DNA from: Octopus sinensis
Taxonomy: Eukaryota
Reading direction: 5' to 3'
DNA length: 64,000 bases
Assembly (NCBI RefSeq): GCF_006345805.1
Contig: NC_042998.1
Coordinates: 94,054,001-94,118,000, forward strand
Shown: positions 12,840-24,509 of the stretch, piece after piece
Layout of the letters: each line of letters opens with the position of its first letter
Position numbering within the stretch: position 1 is the stretch's first letter
Notes under the pieces: model-generated
The model's input: the letters and a program-made list of their open reading frames with translations, nothing else
What the model was told of the DNA's origin: nothing
Databases searched by the model: none
Position numbers and translations under genes: made by a program

Positions 12840-13030
12840 GAGAGCAAACCCAACACCAGATTCTTTTGCTGGGCCCAAATCACATTTACAGACCCATGAA
12901 AAACGAACCTCCGCTAACTATTCTGCCTATATAGCTGTGTACACCTTTCAATGCTGTGTATGCCATAAGGGCTGCAAATCTAACGGAGATCTCAAAAACA
13001 ATTTAAGATCCACTAACATCAGAACTTAAC
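12840..13030 (+). pseudogene. Decayed C2H2-like zinc-finger coding remnant, probably a LINE ORF2 C-terminus
   Basis: SFAGPKSHLQTH and FQCCVCHKGCKSNGDLKNNLRST resemble two C2H2 fingers with the His ligands partly lost. Confidence 0.35.
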
Positions 13031-13162
13031 TTCAGCTCTTGGTGCAGATATGCAATTTATATGGGTCTCTTTTCAATGCATTGTCTGGTTTAAAAAGCTA
13101 CATCAGGTGCCTTGATTGATCTAAGGTGTAGGTACAAGAGGTGGTCAGTCTCTGCATAAGGA

Positions 13163-13194
<32 letters not shown>

Positions 13195-13636
13195 ATTAAT
13201 CAAAATAAAAACATGATGCCAAGGATTTAGCGGTACATATGTTTCGGGCCTTTATTAGACGATTTTATAACAATGCATAATGTGTGTCTATAGGACATGT
13301 ATTACATTATAAGTTTTACATTGGGGATGCAAATCCTCATAGTCGCATACGACAGAGTGGGGCACCAACACAAAATCGAAGCGTCCATCCCGTCTTTCAC
13401 TCGATGTAGAATTCTACATATATATATATATATTATATATATATATATATACTACAAAATTAGAAATGGAGAAACATACTTTAAATCAATCAAACATCAA
13501 CCATCAGATGATACCCAATCAATACTTTATTACACCATTACATAAAAGCAAAGGCATTATACCAAATATATTGTAAATATAATTAGACAAGGAATAGAAA
13601 TATAAAATATAAAATATAATAATAATTTATATCATA

Positions 13637-13747
13637 TCTGACAGCTGTTTCGGCCGTAAGGGCAAGTATGCCTCATTTAACCTATAAGCCATATAAGGCA
13701 GGTATAAATGAGACATTAACAAGGATGCCCCACGGCCTCTTCAGAGA
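13637..13747 (-). ncRNA. Type I hammerhead ribozyme (PLE pLTR type)
   Basis: Minus strand: TCT-CTGAAGA-GGCCGTGGGGCA...TGCCCTTACGGCC-GAAAC-AGCT-GTC-AGA. Canonical core, G10.1-C11.1 pair, long helix II and a GUC cleavage triplet. Confidence 0.82.
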
Positions 13748-13944
13748 ATTTAATTTATTATAAGTGTGAAAAAATTTTTTTTATACATATAAATATAAAA
13801 ATATAAAATATAAAAACGTGTGCATAGACACTCATAATACTACACATATATATATACTCATTATTAGATATATGTTATCCCATGGTGGGTTGAATTTTCA
13901 ACCCCTATCTCATTTTATAACCGATATATATATTTGGTCTCAAC

Positions 13945-14315
13945 TCTCCCCCCTCCTCATCTAACCCCCTCTCCCCCTCCTCACCTATCCTTTCCCCCCC
14001 GACCCCTACTTCTTCAGTCCTTCATCCTTTCACCCCTACTCCCCTTCCCTTCTTCCCTCTTTCTCCCTCCCTCCTTCCCTTCCCCTTCCCTCTGCTCCCT
14101 CACTCCTCACTCCCCTTCTCTCTCCCCCTCTCCCTCTTTCCTCCTCTCCTCCCCTCCCTCTCTCTCCCCCATCCTCTCTTTCCCCCTCTTCTCCCCCTCT
14201 TCTTCCCCATCCCCTTCCCTCCCCTCTCTTCTCCCCTCCCCCCTCTTCTCCCCTCCCCCTCTTCTCCCCCCCTCTTCTCCCCTCCCCCTCTTCTCCCCCT
14301 CCCCCTCTTCTCCTC
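13945..14315. repeat. Polypyrimidine (C/T) low-complexity tract
   Basis: CCCCT/CCTCT variants throughout. Confidence 0.9.
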
Positions 14316-14655
14316 ACTACACCACACAACTTTACACATCACAATCATATATGATGTGCCATACTAATACATACACCAACTAATACATACTAATACGTAC
14401 TAATACATACTAATACATACACCAACCCTATACATACACACGTCCAGACCCCTCATACGCACTATTAGCTGGTCCTTCAACCCTATTATCAACCCTATTA
14501 TCAACCCTATTATCTCCCCTTATTTCGCTCTTGCGTCTCATGTTTGATCTTTGACCTCTGGCCGAAATCAGATCGCCATGTTGATTCGTTAGCTACTGCA
14601 CGCCTTTTTTTTTTTTTTTCTCTCCTTTTTTCTGTGTTTTTTTTCTCTCTGTGTA

Positions 14656-14693
14656 TCTTTCTGTTCAAGAGCGTAGGCTCGAAACGTTAAAGA
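14656..14693 (+). ncRNA. Minimal hammerhead-like motif, non-canonical or decayed core
   Basis: TCTTT-CTGTTCAA-GAGC(GTAG)GCTC-GAAAC-GTT-AAAGA, the same design as 1452-1487. Confidence 0.4.
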
Positions 14694-14798
14694 CTTGTTT
14701 TATTTATATTTCCTGAGCGCCATACTAATACAATTGTTCGTTTGTTTTCCACCTGCCTTCGTCTTTTGTCTATTTTCATAAAGCTTCCCGTTATATAT

Positions 14799-15838
14799 CA
14801 TCATCATCATCGTTAAACGTCGCTTCCGCGCTAGCATGGGTTGGACGGTTCGACCGGGTCTGGGAAGCCAGGGGCGCTCCAGGCTCCAGTCTGAATCTGG
14901 CAGAGTTTCTACGGCTGGATGCCCTTCTAACGCAACCACTCGTGAGTGGATTGGGTGCTTTTTACGTGCCACCTGCACAGGGGCGGAGGTCCGGCATCGT
15001 CACGATCGGTTCGAGCATTTTAACGTGTCAGCGGCACGGGGGCAACGAGGTCCGGGGTACTTTGGGGATCGGGGTACTTGGGGATCCAGGGTACTTGGGG
15101 ATCCGGGGTACTTAGAATGGGTAGGGGTATGTGGAATTGCTGCAGAAAGCAGCCCGGGTCTTTGTAGTAACAGCATATCTCCAGAGATCTCGGTCCTTCG
15201 CCATTGCCTCAGTGAGGCCCAATGTTCTGAGGTCATGCTGACCACTTCATCCCATGTCTTCCTGGGTCTACCTCTCCCCTGATACCTTCAACTGTTGGGA
15301 GTGGCACTTCTTTCACATCTCTCTTCATCCATCGCCAGCACATGACCATACCATCGCAAGCGTCGCTCTTGCACACCACATTGATGCTTTTATATCCAGC
15401 ATTTCTCTCAGGATACTTACACTCTGTTTTGCGTGCACATGACACTACACATCCAGCGGATCATGCTAGCTTCATTTCTTTCAAGTCTACGCATGTCTTC
15501 TGCAGTCACAGCCCATGTTTCATTACCATGAAGCATGGCAGTTCGCACACATGCATCATACAATCTACCTTTTGCTCTGAGGGAGAGACCTTTTGTTGCC
15601 AGTAGGGGTAGGAGCTTTCTGAACTTTGCCCAGGCTATTCGTATTCTAGTGGTGATACTCTCTGTGCATCCACCTGCGCTACTAACTTGGTCACCCAGGT
15701 AGCGGAAACTATCAACTACTTCTAGTTTCTCCTGGAGTGTGATGGAATCTGTTTCTGAGTGTCTGGTGTCTATTGTCCCTGTGCATCTGCCGCACATGAA
15801 AGCTATCTTATCTGTTAATTTCCCTTTAATTTGCTGCA
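14799..15838 (-). mobile_element. RTE LINE, subfamily 2, 5'-truncated and decayed
   Basis: KGKLTDKIAFMCGRC...LEVVDSFRYLGDQVSS...GRLYDACVRTAMLHGNETW (ORF 15417-15839), then a 3' UTR and (ATG)n tail. Closest to the 39724-41626 copy. Confidence 0.93.
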
Positions 15839-15887
15839 ACTCTTATGTGTCCATAACTTACATTGGGTGCATATATATATATATACA

Positions 15888-16103
15888 TGAGGGGTGCCTG
15901 AAAATATTTCTGGCTTTGGGTAAAAGAAAATACAGGAGGATTAGTCAATTATTTTCTTCAGCATATTCTCCTCCCAAATTCACACCCTTATTGCAGCAGT
16001 CCTTCAGTTTTTCTAAGCCCTGTAAAAGAACTTGGAAAGTTGTGCCTCCAACCAGGTCTTTCATGGTACCCTTAAAGCCAGGAACTTTTCAGCACCTCCT
16101 CAT
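15888..16103. mobile_element. Mariner-type MITE (~215 bp)
   Basis: Imperfect TIRs TGAGGGGTGCCTGAAAATATTTCTGGCTTT / AAAGCCAGGAACTTTTCAGCACCTCCTCA in a TA context. Confidence 0.75.
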
Positions 16104-16129
16104 ATGTATATGTGTGAGTGTATGTGTGT

Positions 16130-16205
<76 letters not shown>

Positions 16206-17471
16206 ACTGCATGTATGTATGTTACTATGTATATATGTTTTTCTTTGAGCTTTATTTAAGTTCTTCTTGACAGAGTTCAAACTATTTGCCAACAAAGTGA
16301 CAAGACTTTTGAGTCGAAAGAGTTCCTGGTGTTTGTAAATATGTGGTTGAGTAGGTGTGTTGGTTGAACTGTGGATGCATACACTCATGTGTGTGTATTG
16401 ATTCACCTAAAGAATCTCAGAGGGAAAATTTTTGGAACGTCTTACAAATCTTCACTATGCCACTAATAAATTGGATTTGAAGAATCCACATCAGTTTCTT
16501 TTGCTCTTTCTTCATGGAATCAAGTATTGATAGGTTTTTGTGTTAATTTGTTGGTACATTATGTATTTATGGATGGATAGTTGGATGGATAGATGTATAG
16601 ATGGATGGCTGGATGGATCAAGGTTATGATTTTAAAGCAAGTTTAAGAATAACTACAAAACATTTACTAATGAGGACTACTGATGCTTTAAATGTTACCT
16701 TCTGGCTTATTCAACCATTGAAGAGATTTCATTTTAGTGTTTATATAAGAAAACTGGCAGAAAGCTTCATTAAATAGGAGTGGTGTTCAGGTGTGAACCA
16801 CAATTTTCCTAAAATTTCCAATTAAAGAAATTTTTATTTTTCTGCTAGCAAAAATCTGATAAGTTAGTCCAAAGGTCAGAAAAGAAATTCAGAATTAGAA
16901 GTGGGAAGGTAGGTTGGGGAAGGGAGGTCACAATGTAAAGACAGAAAAATATATATGAAAATGCTCAAAAAAATGATGAAACACTTTAATTAATTAAATA
17001 TATAAATAGATATAAATAAATTTATAAAAAGAATATAAAGATGGAACTAAATTAAATAAAGTAAATAAAGGTCAGTGACTGGTCAAGTGTGAAACTGGAC
17101 AGTTTGAATATGGCCGACATAAAGTTGTTCTTAAAAGGCAGCATCGTGGCTGTGTGGTTAACAAGCCTGCTTGGCAGCGACATGCATTTGGATTCAGTAC
17201 CTCTGCAAGGCATCTTGTTTTCTACTATAGCCCTGGGCCAGCCAATGCCTTTTGAGTGAATATATAGGGCAGTGAGTTGGCAGAAACATTAGCATGCCAG
17301 GCAAAATGCTTAGCAGTATTTCGTCTGTTCTTACCATTTTGATTTTGATTTTGTCTTGACAAGTTCGACAATGAACGAAAGTACTAATAAAGAATAATCC
17401 AAAATTCTAACTACCTCCTTTTTCTCAATATACAATATCTGTACACCACTTCAAACACTCTTATACATACA

Positions 17472-17622
17472 TGGCGTTAGGAAGGGCATCCAGCTGTAGA
17501 AACATTGCCAGATTAGACTGGAGCCTGGTGCAGCCTTCTGGCTTCCCAGAACCCCGGTCGAACCGTCCAACCCATGCTAGCATGGAGAACGGACGTTAAA
17601 CGATGATGATGATGATGATGAT
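17472..17622 (+). mobile_element. RTE 3'-tail-derived repeat
   Basis: GGCGTTAGGAAGGGCATCCAGCTGTAGAAAC...CCCATGCTAGCATGG...(GAT)n. Confidence 0.85.
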
Positions 17623-17627
17623 ATATA

Positions 17628-17853
17628 GGTGGCGAGCTGGTAGAAACATTAGCACGCTGGGCGAAATTCGTAGCCATATTTCGTCTGTCGTTACGTTCCG
17701 AGTTCAAATTCCGCCGAGGTCGACTTTGCCTTTCATCCTTTTGGGGTCGATAAATTAAGTACCAGTTACACACTGGGGTCGATATAATCGACTTAATCTC
17801 TTTGTCTGTCCTTGTTTGTCCCCTCTGTGTTTAGCCCCTTGTGGGTAGTAAAG

Positions 17854-17857
<4 letters not shown>
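17628..17857 (+). mobile_element. SINE family B, apparently full length
   Basis: GGTGGCGAGCTGGTAGAAAC...GAGTTCAAATTCC (B-box-like)...GTAAAGAAATA. Related copies lie near 11.4, 23.1, 34.5, 53.2 and 58.5-59.3 kb. Confidence 0.85.
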
Positions 17858-17887
<30 letters not shown>

Positions 17888-18678
17888 CAGTTGCATAAAG
17901 TTAACACATGGTCTGGTTTTCACATTTTCTTTTCCACAAACTACATGACACATGTGGTGTTGGAAGAAAGATAAAAGAAAAACGGTTTATCAAAATGTTC
18001 ATACCTGTTCTGAATGGAAATAACAACAATAATATAACAACCAGTTAATGATGTGGATTAAAGAATTACCTCTAGCATATAAATACAAGCAAGTTACAGA
18101 ATATCAGTACACCTGGAAAACAGTGATGTTTAAGAGGCATGCAGATTGGTCAAAAAGGTATTCTAAAAATTCAGCTTGTTGGAGCATTCTAAGAAGTACT
18201 AAAGTTGTCGAGAACTTTAGTACCTCTTTTCAGTTAAACACATTTGAAATCTGATGATTACACTATGTATGAAAGTGCTAATTTAACTTTATGAGCATTA
18301 CAAAATATTTTTTAGAGTTAAAATACCTTTATAAAAAACATGAAAACCAGGCCATGTCATAACTTTATTCAACTGATATATTATTCTATACATATTCGCG
18401 CAAATTTGAAACAATATATATACATATATAAAATTTCTAAATATCTAAGAGATAGGCCTCTGAGCAAGTATCACCAAGCTTTTGGCAAAATTGGATGCAG
18501 ATTCTCTGCTCAACTTTCTCTATCATGGTCAATACAACAATCACATGCTACACATGTTCCTTCCAAGCACTGCTGTAAACAGCAGAAGTAAGCCAAAACG
18601 TTAAAACTTAGTGCTCATGCACAGCAAATTTCAAGGTCAATCTGTGTCAAGTGACTTTACTCTGCGTGCCTTAGCTTC

Positions 18679-18692
18679 GTTACTATGGCAAC
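18679..18692. promoter_or_regulatory. RFX X-box-like motif
   Basis: GTTACTATGGCAAC matches the GTYNCYATRGNAAC consensus. No linked gene was identified. Confidence 0.25.
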
Positions 18693-18726
18693 AGTCTGGG
18701 TATTTATTGATCAAACTACATATATA

Positions 18727-19257
18727 CCGTAAATCCTCGAGTATAATCCGCATTTTCCCCCAAAATTTAAAGGTCAAAATCCCTAGTGCGTACAATATAT
18801 GAGGTTAGAAATTAAAAATATTTTCTAAGCAATGTCCGAGACTGTATTTGCTGTCCGGCAATGTTTATTCAGACGCATTTCGTGATGTCGGGCACGAAAA
18901 TACCTTAAGCTAAGCCTGATAGCAATGAAGTCATAAAAGAATCATCCATAACTTGCAGTAAGCAACATTTATAAAAGTAAAAGTATTCAGAACACAGAAT
19001 AATATGTAACAAAAACAATTTGCAAACATAGTTACATTCCCACATTCCCATATACCAGTTGAGAACATCACCATTATTGTATTATGCATACGCAGAAGTG
19101 TTTGTTCGACTGGGTGCTGCTGGCTTAATTACGCACGACTGAAGTTAGAGAAGGAGTGCGTATTATACACAAAGTTTATGTGTTTCAGAGGTACACCCCG
19201 CCCTAAAAATCCCCTGCGTATTATACTCAAGGGCGGACTATACTCAAAGATTTAAGG
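18727..19257. mobile_element. Tc2/pogo-type MITE (531 bp)
   Basis: TA-flanked TIRs CCGTAAATCCTCGAGTATAATCCGC / GCGGACTATACTCAAAGATTTAAGG, with subterminal TGCGTATTATAC repeats. Confidence 0.8.
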
Positions 19258-20193
19258 TACATAAAAATATAAATACATACGCATACGTACATTGTGCTAA
19301 ATATTCCATATTTTTATGCACTCTATTTGAGGTCCATCTTAATTTACATAGAACATGCCATAGTACCAACTACCTATTGAAACGTTGAGCGCTCTCAAAG
19401 CGATTTAATATACTTCTCTAAGAAGAACTAAAAATGTATTTCCTAAATCCACGAACATCTTCTATGTGTGTGTGTGTGTGCGCGCGAGCGTACACATACA
19501 TTCATACACATATGTACATACTCATTTCATTTGTACTTTTGTTAGCCTTCCATAACGTCGATTTGGTAAATTCGGAAACATTAGCAAAATATACAAAACA
19601 AAATCCACAACTACCATCAAAACCGCACATGAATTTATTTTACTTTAGTGCAGCTTAGAGGTCGTTTCTTCCTTTTAGCTGAATAAGAAATCATAATTTA
19701 CTACAGTCTCATGAAGACGGTGAACTATTGAGAAGGCACTTCCTATCTAACTCGAAAAATGTATAAAATCTTAGTTTAAAAACCTAAAACCTGCATACAT
19801 CGCTACTAAAAGATGGTTATTATTCGCTATGAATGGGTTAACGTTATTATTACAGCTAAATAAGAAGGCAGGGGTTGTTTCCCTTTATAGGTTTGTCGTA
19901 AAATTTCATTACTTCAGCTATTATTCCTCTTGGGAGGTAGAATAAATTCTTATCGATTGTTGAAGTACACATGAACTCTGTAGTAAAGTTCTCAGCTGTA
20001 TGTTAACTCTATAGAATGTGAGGAGTGGAACGATATAACAATAGATATATCAAACGAAATTATCGAAAAGATTTTATTTTTTCGTATCAGGGAAATGAAA
20101 AGACGATACAGATTTATTCCAAACCATTGAAATCCAATTTCATTCATTCACTCATTCGTTCCCCCCTCCTCCTTCTCCTCCTCCACCCCATTT

Positions 20194-20285
20194 TCTTCTT
20201 CTTCTTCTTCTTCTTCTTCTTCTTCTTCTTCTTCTTCTTCTTCTTCTTCTTCTTCTTCTTCTTCTTCTTCTTCTTCTTCTTCTTC
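20194..20285. repeat. (TTC)n microsatellite
   Basis: Perfect trinucleotide run. Confidence 0.97.
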
Positions 20286-20458
20286 AACTTGCTCTTTATC
20301 TTTCTGGGATTGGCAAAATAAATAGCAGCCACATTCTAGTCCAAGAATAATTAACTTTGTCCTCTCCACAAAATGAACCATCATCATCATTATCATCATC
20401 ATCTAACAATCATGATGATGCATTCATATGTACATGCATATAAATCTCTCTCTCTCAC

Positions 20459-20502
<44 letters not shown>

Positions 20503-20514
20503 TTATACTCTCTC

Positions 20515-20917
20515 TCTTTTACTCTTTTACTTGTTTCAGTCATTTGACTGCGGCCATGCTGGAGCACTGCCTTTAGTTGAGCAAATCGACCCCAGGACTT
20601 ATTCTTTGTAAGCCTAGTACTTATTCTAATGGTCACTTTTGCTGAACTGCTTAGTTAAGGGGACGTAAGCACACCACCATCAGTTGTCAAGCGATGTTGG
20701 GGGGGGGGGACGAACACAGACACACAAACATATACATATACATGTACATATATACTACGTGCTTCTTTCAGTTTCTGTCTACCAAATCCACTCACAAGGC
20801 TTTGGTCAGCTCGAGGCTACAGTAGATAACACTTGCCCAAAGTGCCACGTACTGGGAATGAACCCGGAACCATGTGGTTGGTAAGCAAGCTACTTACCAC
20901 ATAGCCACTCCTGTGCC
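20515..20917 (-). mobile_element. SINE family A, full length
   Basis: Reverse complement including the head ...ACCACATAGCCACTCCTGTGCC. Confidence 0.9.
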
Positions 20918-21037
20918 TATGTATATGTATGGATGTATGTATGCATGTATGTATATATGTATATATGTATGGATGTATGTATGCATGTATGTATATATGT
21001 ATATATATGGATGTATGTATGCATGTATGTATATATG

Positions 21038-21087
<50 letters not shown>

Positions 21088-21224
21088 ATCTGAGGAGTTT
21101 AACTCACTTGTGATCTAAATGAATAGGTATGCTGGGTAAGTGCTATATTATAGTTGGTCAACCATTAGGTTCCAAGATAACAGCTAAGGCTGGATCTAGG
21201 GATCTGTGTTAGGATTCCGTTATA

Positions 21225-21745
21225 GCGTGTATATATCATATTAGAGAAAAAATCAAAATCTCAAGTCACTTAGAATAATTTAATTAGGCTAAGGTGAATT
21301 TGAAGTCTTACAGCTGTTTCTGAGATAACCCAAGTGGTCGATTAGTATATCCATGCAGTGGGTATTCCATCATCAGAGACAAGGTATGAATATTTTAGAC
21401 GGGGAAAATTTATATTTTACAAGGAATAAAATTCAAAGTTTATAAGGAATAGAATAAAAAAATAAAATAGTAAAATGGAAGAATAAAGAGTAAAAGTAGT
21501 TAGAAGAATATTTTAATACTCATTCTTCTAGTTTATTCCTTATAAACAGTGACTTTTATTCCTTGTAAACTGTAAATTTTCTCCGAATAAAATATCCATA
21601 CCTTGTCTCAGATGATGGAATATCCAGGGCACAGATATGTTAACCAACCACTTGGGTTATCCCAGAAACAGCTTTACTCTAAATTGTTCTAAATGACTTT
21701 GAGATACTTGTTCTGCCTTGGGTTTGATTTTTCCTCTTATGATAT
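21225..21745. mobile_element. Palindromic double-hammerhead element (PLE-derived)
   Basis: Inverted arms, each carrying a hammerhead motif (minus 21305-21380, plus 21605-21676), separated by an A/T-rich spacer. Confidence 0.7.
21305..21380 (-). ncRNA. Type I hammerhead ribozyme
   Basis: Minus strand: GTCT-CTGATGA-TGGAATACCC...GGGTTATCTCA-GAAAC-AGCT-GTA-AGAC. Canonical core, helix I GTCT/AGAC and a GUA triplet. Confidence 0.78.
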
Positions 21746-21825
21746 ATATATATGTCATTAAAAGTACAAAACTGTAAGAATGTTTTGATGTTGACTGATA
21801 AGAAATATAATTACGAATTTTCTGT

Positions 21826-22010
21826 TTACTCTTTATTCTCTCTTTTACTCTTTTACTTGTTTCAATCGAGCAAATTGACCCCAGGACTTATTCTTTGTAA
21901 GCCTAGTACTTATTCTATCGGTCTCTTTTGGCAAACTGTTAAGTTACGGGGATGTAAACACACAAGCATCGGTTGTCAAGTGATGTTAGGGGGACAAACA
22001 CAGACACACA
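21826..22010 (-). mobile_element. SINE family A, 3' half (host copy split by an insertion)
   Basis: The matching 5' half lies at 22911-23070 on the same strand. Confidence 0.8.
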
Positions 22011-22095
22011 TACATATATATATATATAATTATATATAATATATATATATATAATATATATATATATATAATATGTATATATATATATGTTGATC

Positions 22096-22466
22096 AACCT
22101 GGTTGATCCTGCCAGTAGTCATATGCTTGTCTCAAAGCTTAAGCCATGCAAGTGTAAGTTCATGCCGTAAACGAATGGTAAAACCACAAATGATCAGGAA
22201 CCGGACCTAATCCTCGGGACCTTATTCCTCACCGCAAGGAGAGTGGGTAACTGTGGTAATTCTAGAGCTAATACATGCAACCAAAGCCATGATCACAGGT
22301 TGCACCTGAGCGACGGGCTCGAAAACGGCGTTTGGCAGCCGCCATGTCCTCGCGACGTCGCCACCATTCGCCGCCGGTGTCCGCTCAGCCGGTACAGGGC
22401 GGTGTACCCACACTCGCCCCTTCCGGTTGCGAAAATACGATCGGCCTTCCACATTGGTCGCGGCGC
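22096..22466 (+). pseudogene. Dispersed 18S rRNA 5' fragment
   Basis: AACCTGGTTGATCCTGCCAGTAGTCATATGCTTGTCTCAAAG (universal 18S 5' end) and TAACTGTGGTAATTCTAGAGCTAATACATGC (22248-22278), then a GC-rich expansion. Apparent CpG decay (AACCACAAATG versus the usual AACCGCGAATG). Confidence 0.93.
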
Positions 22467-22475
22467 AAATATTAA

Positions 22476-22883
22476 GGCGCAGGAGTGGCTGTGTGGTATG
22501 TAGCTTGTTTACCAACCTCATGGTTCAGGGTTCAGTCCTACTGTGTGGCACTTTGGGCAAGTGTCTTCTACTGTAGCCTCGGGCCGACCAAAGCCTTGTG
22601 AGTGGATTTGGTAGACGGAAACTGAAAGAAGCCTGTTGTATATATGTATATATATATATGTATTTGTGTGTATATGTTTCAGTGTCTGTGCTTGTCCCCC
22701 TCCCCCAACATCGCTTGACAACCGATGCTGGTGTGTTTACGTTCCCATAACTTAGTGGTTCAGCAAAAGAAACCAATAGAATAAGTACTAGGCTTACAAA
22801 GAATAAGTCCTGGGGTCGATTTGCTCGACTAGAGGCGGTGCTCCAGCATGGCCACAGTCAAATGACTGAAACAAGTAAAAGAG
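22476..22883 (+). mobile_element. SINE family A, full length
   Basis: Complete from the GGCGCAGGAGTGGCTGTGTGG head to the AAACAAGTAAAAGAG tail. Confidence 0.92.
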
Positions 22884-22910
22884 TATATATATGTATATAT
22901 ATATATATAT

Positions 22911-23070
22911 GACGGACTTCTTTCAGTTTCCGTCTACTAAATCCACTCACAAGGCTTTGGTCGGCCCGAGGCTATAGTAGAAGACACTTGCCCAAGATGC
23001 CACGCTGTGGGACTAAACCCGGAGCTATGTGCTTCGTAAGCAAGCTACTTACCACACAGCCACTCCTACG
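22911..23070 (-). mobile_element. SINE family A, 5' half (host copy)
   Basis: Reverse complement of the head and central domain. Confidence 0.85.
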
Positions 23071-23479
23071 TTAATATTTCTACCGGCCCACCACCCTTGA
23101 TTGGTTCTTTATTTATCAACCCCGGAAGGATAAAAGGCAAAACTGACTTTGGCAAGATTTGAACTCAGAACAAACAGTGGAAAGATTAACTTAGGCTCAG
23201 GAACTGTGGGTACAGATAGTGCAAATGCACCCGCTAAAATTTGTAGGAGGGCAATGAGAATGCTTTGAACATCCTTGCTGGAAAACTTCATCTCCAAACC
23301 AAACAAGCATAGAAATATTTTTGGACTGATTTGAAACATTACTTTTCCATTATTAGATTTATCTGATTTTAGTTGATGCACAAATATCATAATGATAATA
23401 ATTTCTATTACACTTTTGTACTCATATCAAAATTGATTAAAGTCAAACCTGTTTGTAAAAAATTCTGGATCTAGGTTTG

Positions 23480-23985
23480 CATCGTGTTTGTTGAGGGCAA
23501 GGCTTGTTAGCCTGTCCTCATTGTTTAGCCATGCCTGCATTTGAGGAGTGACAGGCCCAGTCAAGAGAAGTGTGGGGGTCCCATTGCCGGTTGACCGAAG
23601 CAATCAGTGGTGGGGTGCTGCCCTGTGACCTGAAACCACAGCATACCTTCCAACCCAACAGGAACTGGTTGCAACAACGGATTAGAAGGGAAGTGCATCC
23701 AATGCAGGTGCCCTGGAAATTGAGTGCTGATGAGGTGGCAGACAACTACCTGTGGAACAAGTGGCACAGTTGTTGGTGATAACAGTGCCTCGGTGGGAAG
23801 CAGCAAACTGAATCCCTTCACGATCACTGTGAGTGGTCCTACCCATTTACCCCTGGGTGGTTTCACAGTCTCTTGACTTCTCCCTCCAAACTTCTTTTCA
23901 CCTTTCCCTTGCGGTACTTGTCAGCTTTAAGACTCATCCCTGTATTTAGCCTTGGATGGAGCTTACCACCCACTTTGGCCTGTGT
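23480..23985 (-). pseudogene. Degenerate 28S rRNA fragment (D1-D2 region)
   Basis: 23839-23985 (TTCTTTTCACCTTTCCCTTGCGGTACTTG...GTATTTAGCCTTGGATGGAGCTTACCACCCACTTTGG) resembles the reverse complement of the conserved 28S core between D1 and D2. The GC-rich left part is compatible with D2, and its boundary is uncertain. Confidence 0.75.
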
Positions 23986-24509
23986 CATAGCTGCCCCTTT
24001 CCACCATTACATGTCTGCTGCACTTCAGGTGGGCAGCCGTCATTGTTGTTGTTGGAAGACAAACTCACAGTGCTGTGCAATGATGATGGTCTGGCATGGC
24101 AGGAGACAGAAGATTGAGCAGTGCACTCATTCTCGCATAAATTAATGTTTCACATTTTTGAAATGCAAACCTCTTCAATGTCCACTTCCTCTTGCATTAT
24201 TTTCAGAACTGATACAAGTACCAGCAATATACTGCAATGAGTCTAGTTACTATGTAGTATATTCTATCTTTTCTTTTACTTGTTTTAGTCAACCCTAGGA
24301 CTTATTTTTAAATTTGGTACTTATTCTATCAGTCAGTTTTGCTAAACTGTTAAGTCCTGGAAATGTAAGCAACCAGCACTGGCTGTCAAGCAGTGGTGGG
24401 GGACAAACACAAAGTCATGCACATACATGTATACATACATAAATATAAGTATGTGCATATATATATATATATTATACATACATACATACATACATACATA
24501 CATAAATAC

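Noticed and set aside
12838-13029. Member of the expanded cephalopod C2H2 gene clusters
   Set aside because: Only two broken fingers, no TGEKP linkers and missing His ligands. It fits a LINE C-terminus relic better.
16274-16540. Short plus-strand open frames with possible splice sites
   Set aside because: Too short, with ambiguous donors and no recognisable homology.
16696-16808. Minus-strand AG...GT-bounded segment as an exon
   Set aside because: Stops in all three frames.
18068-18110. Minus-strand 43-nt AG...GT segment as an exon
   Set aside because: Stops in all three frames.
22096-23985. Functional rRNA operon
   Set aside because: Only short fragments on opposite strands, with decay, interspersed SINEs, and no 5.8S or ITS organisation.
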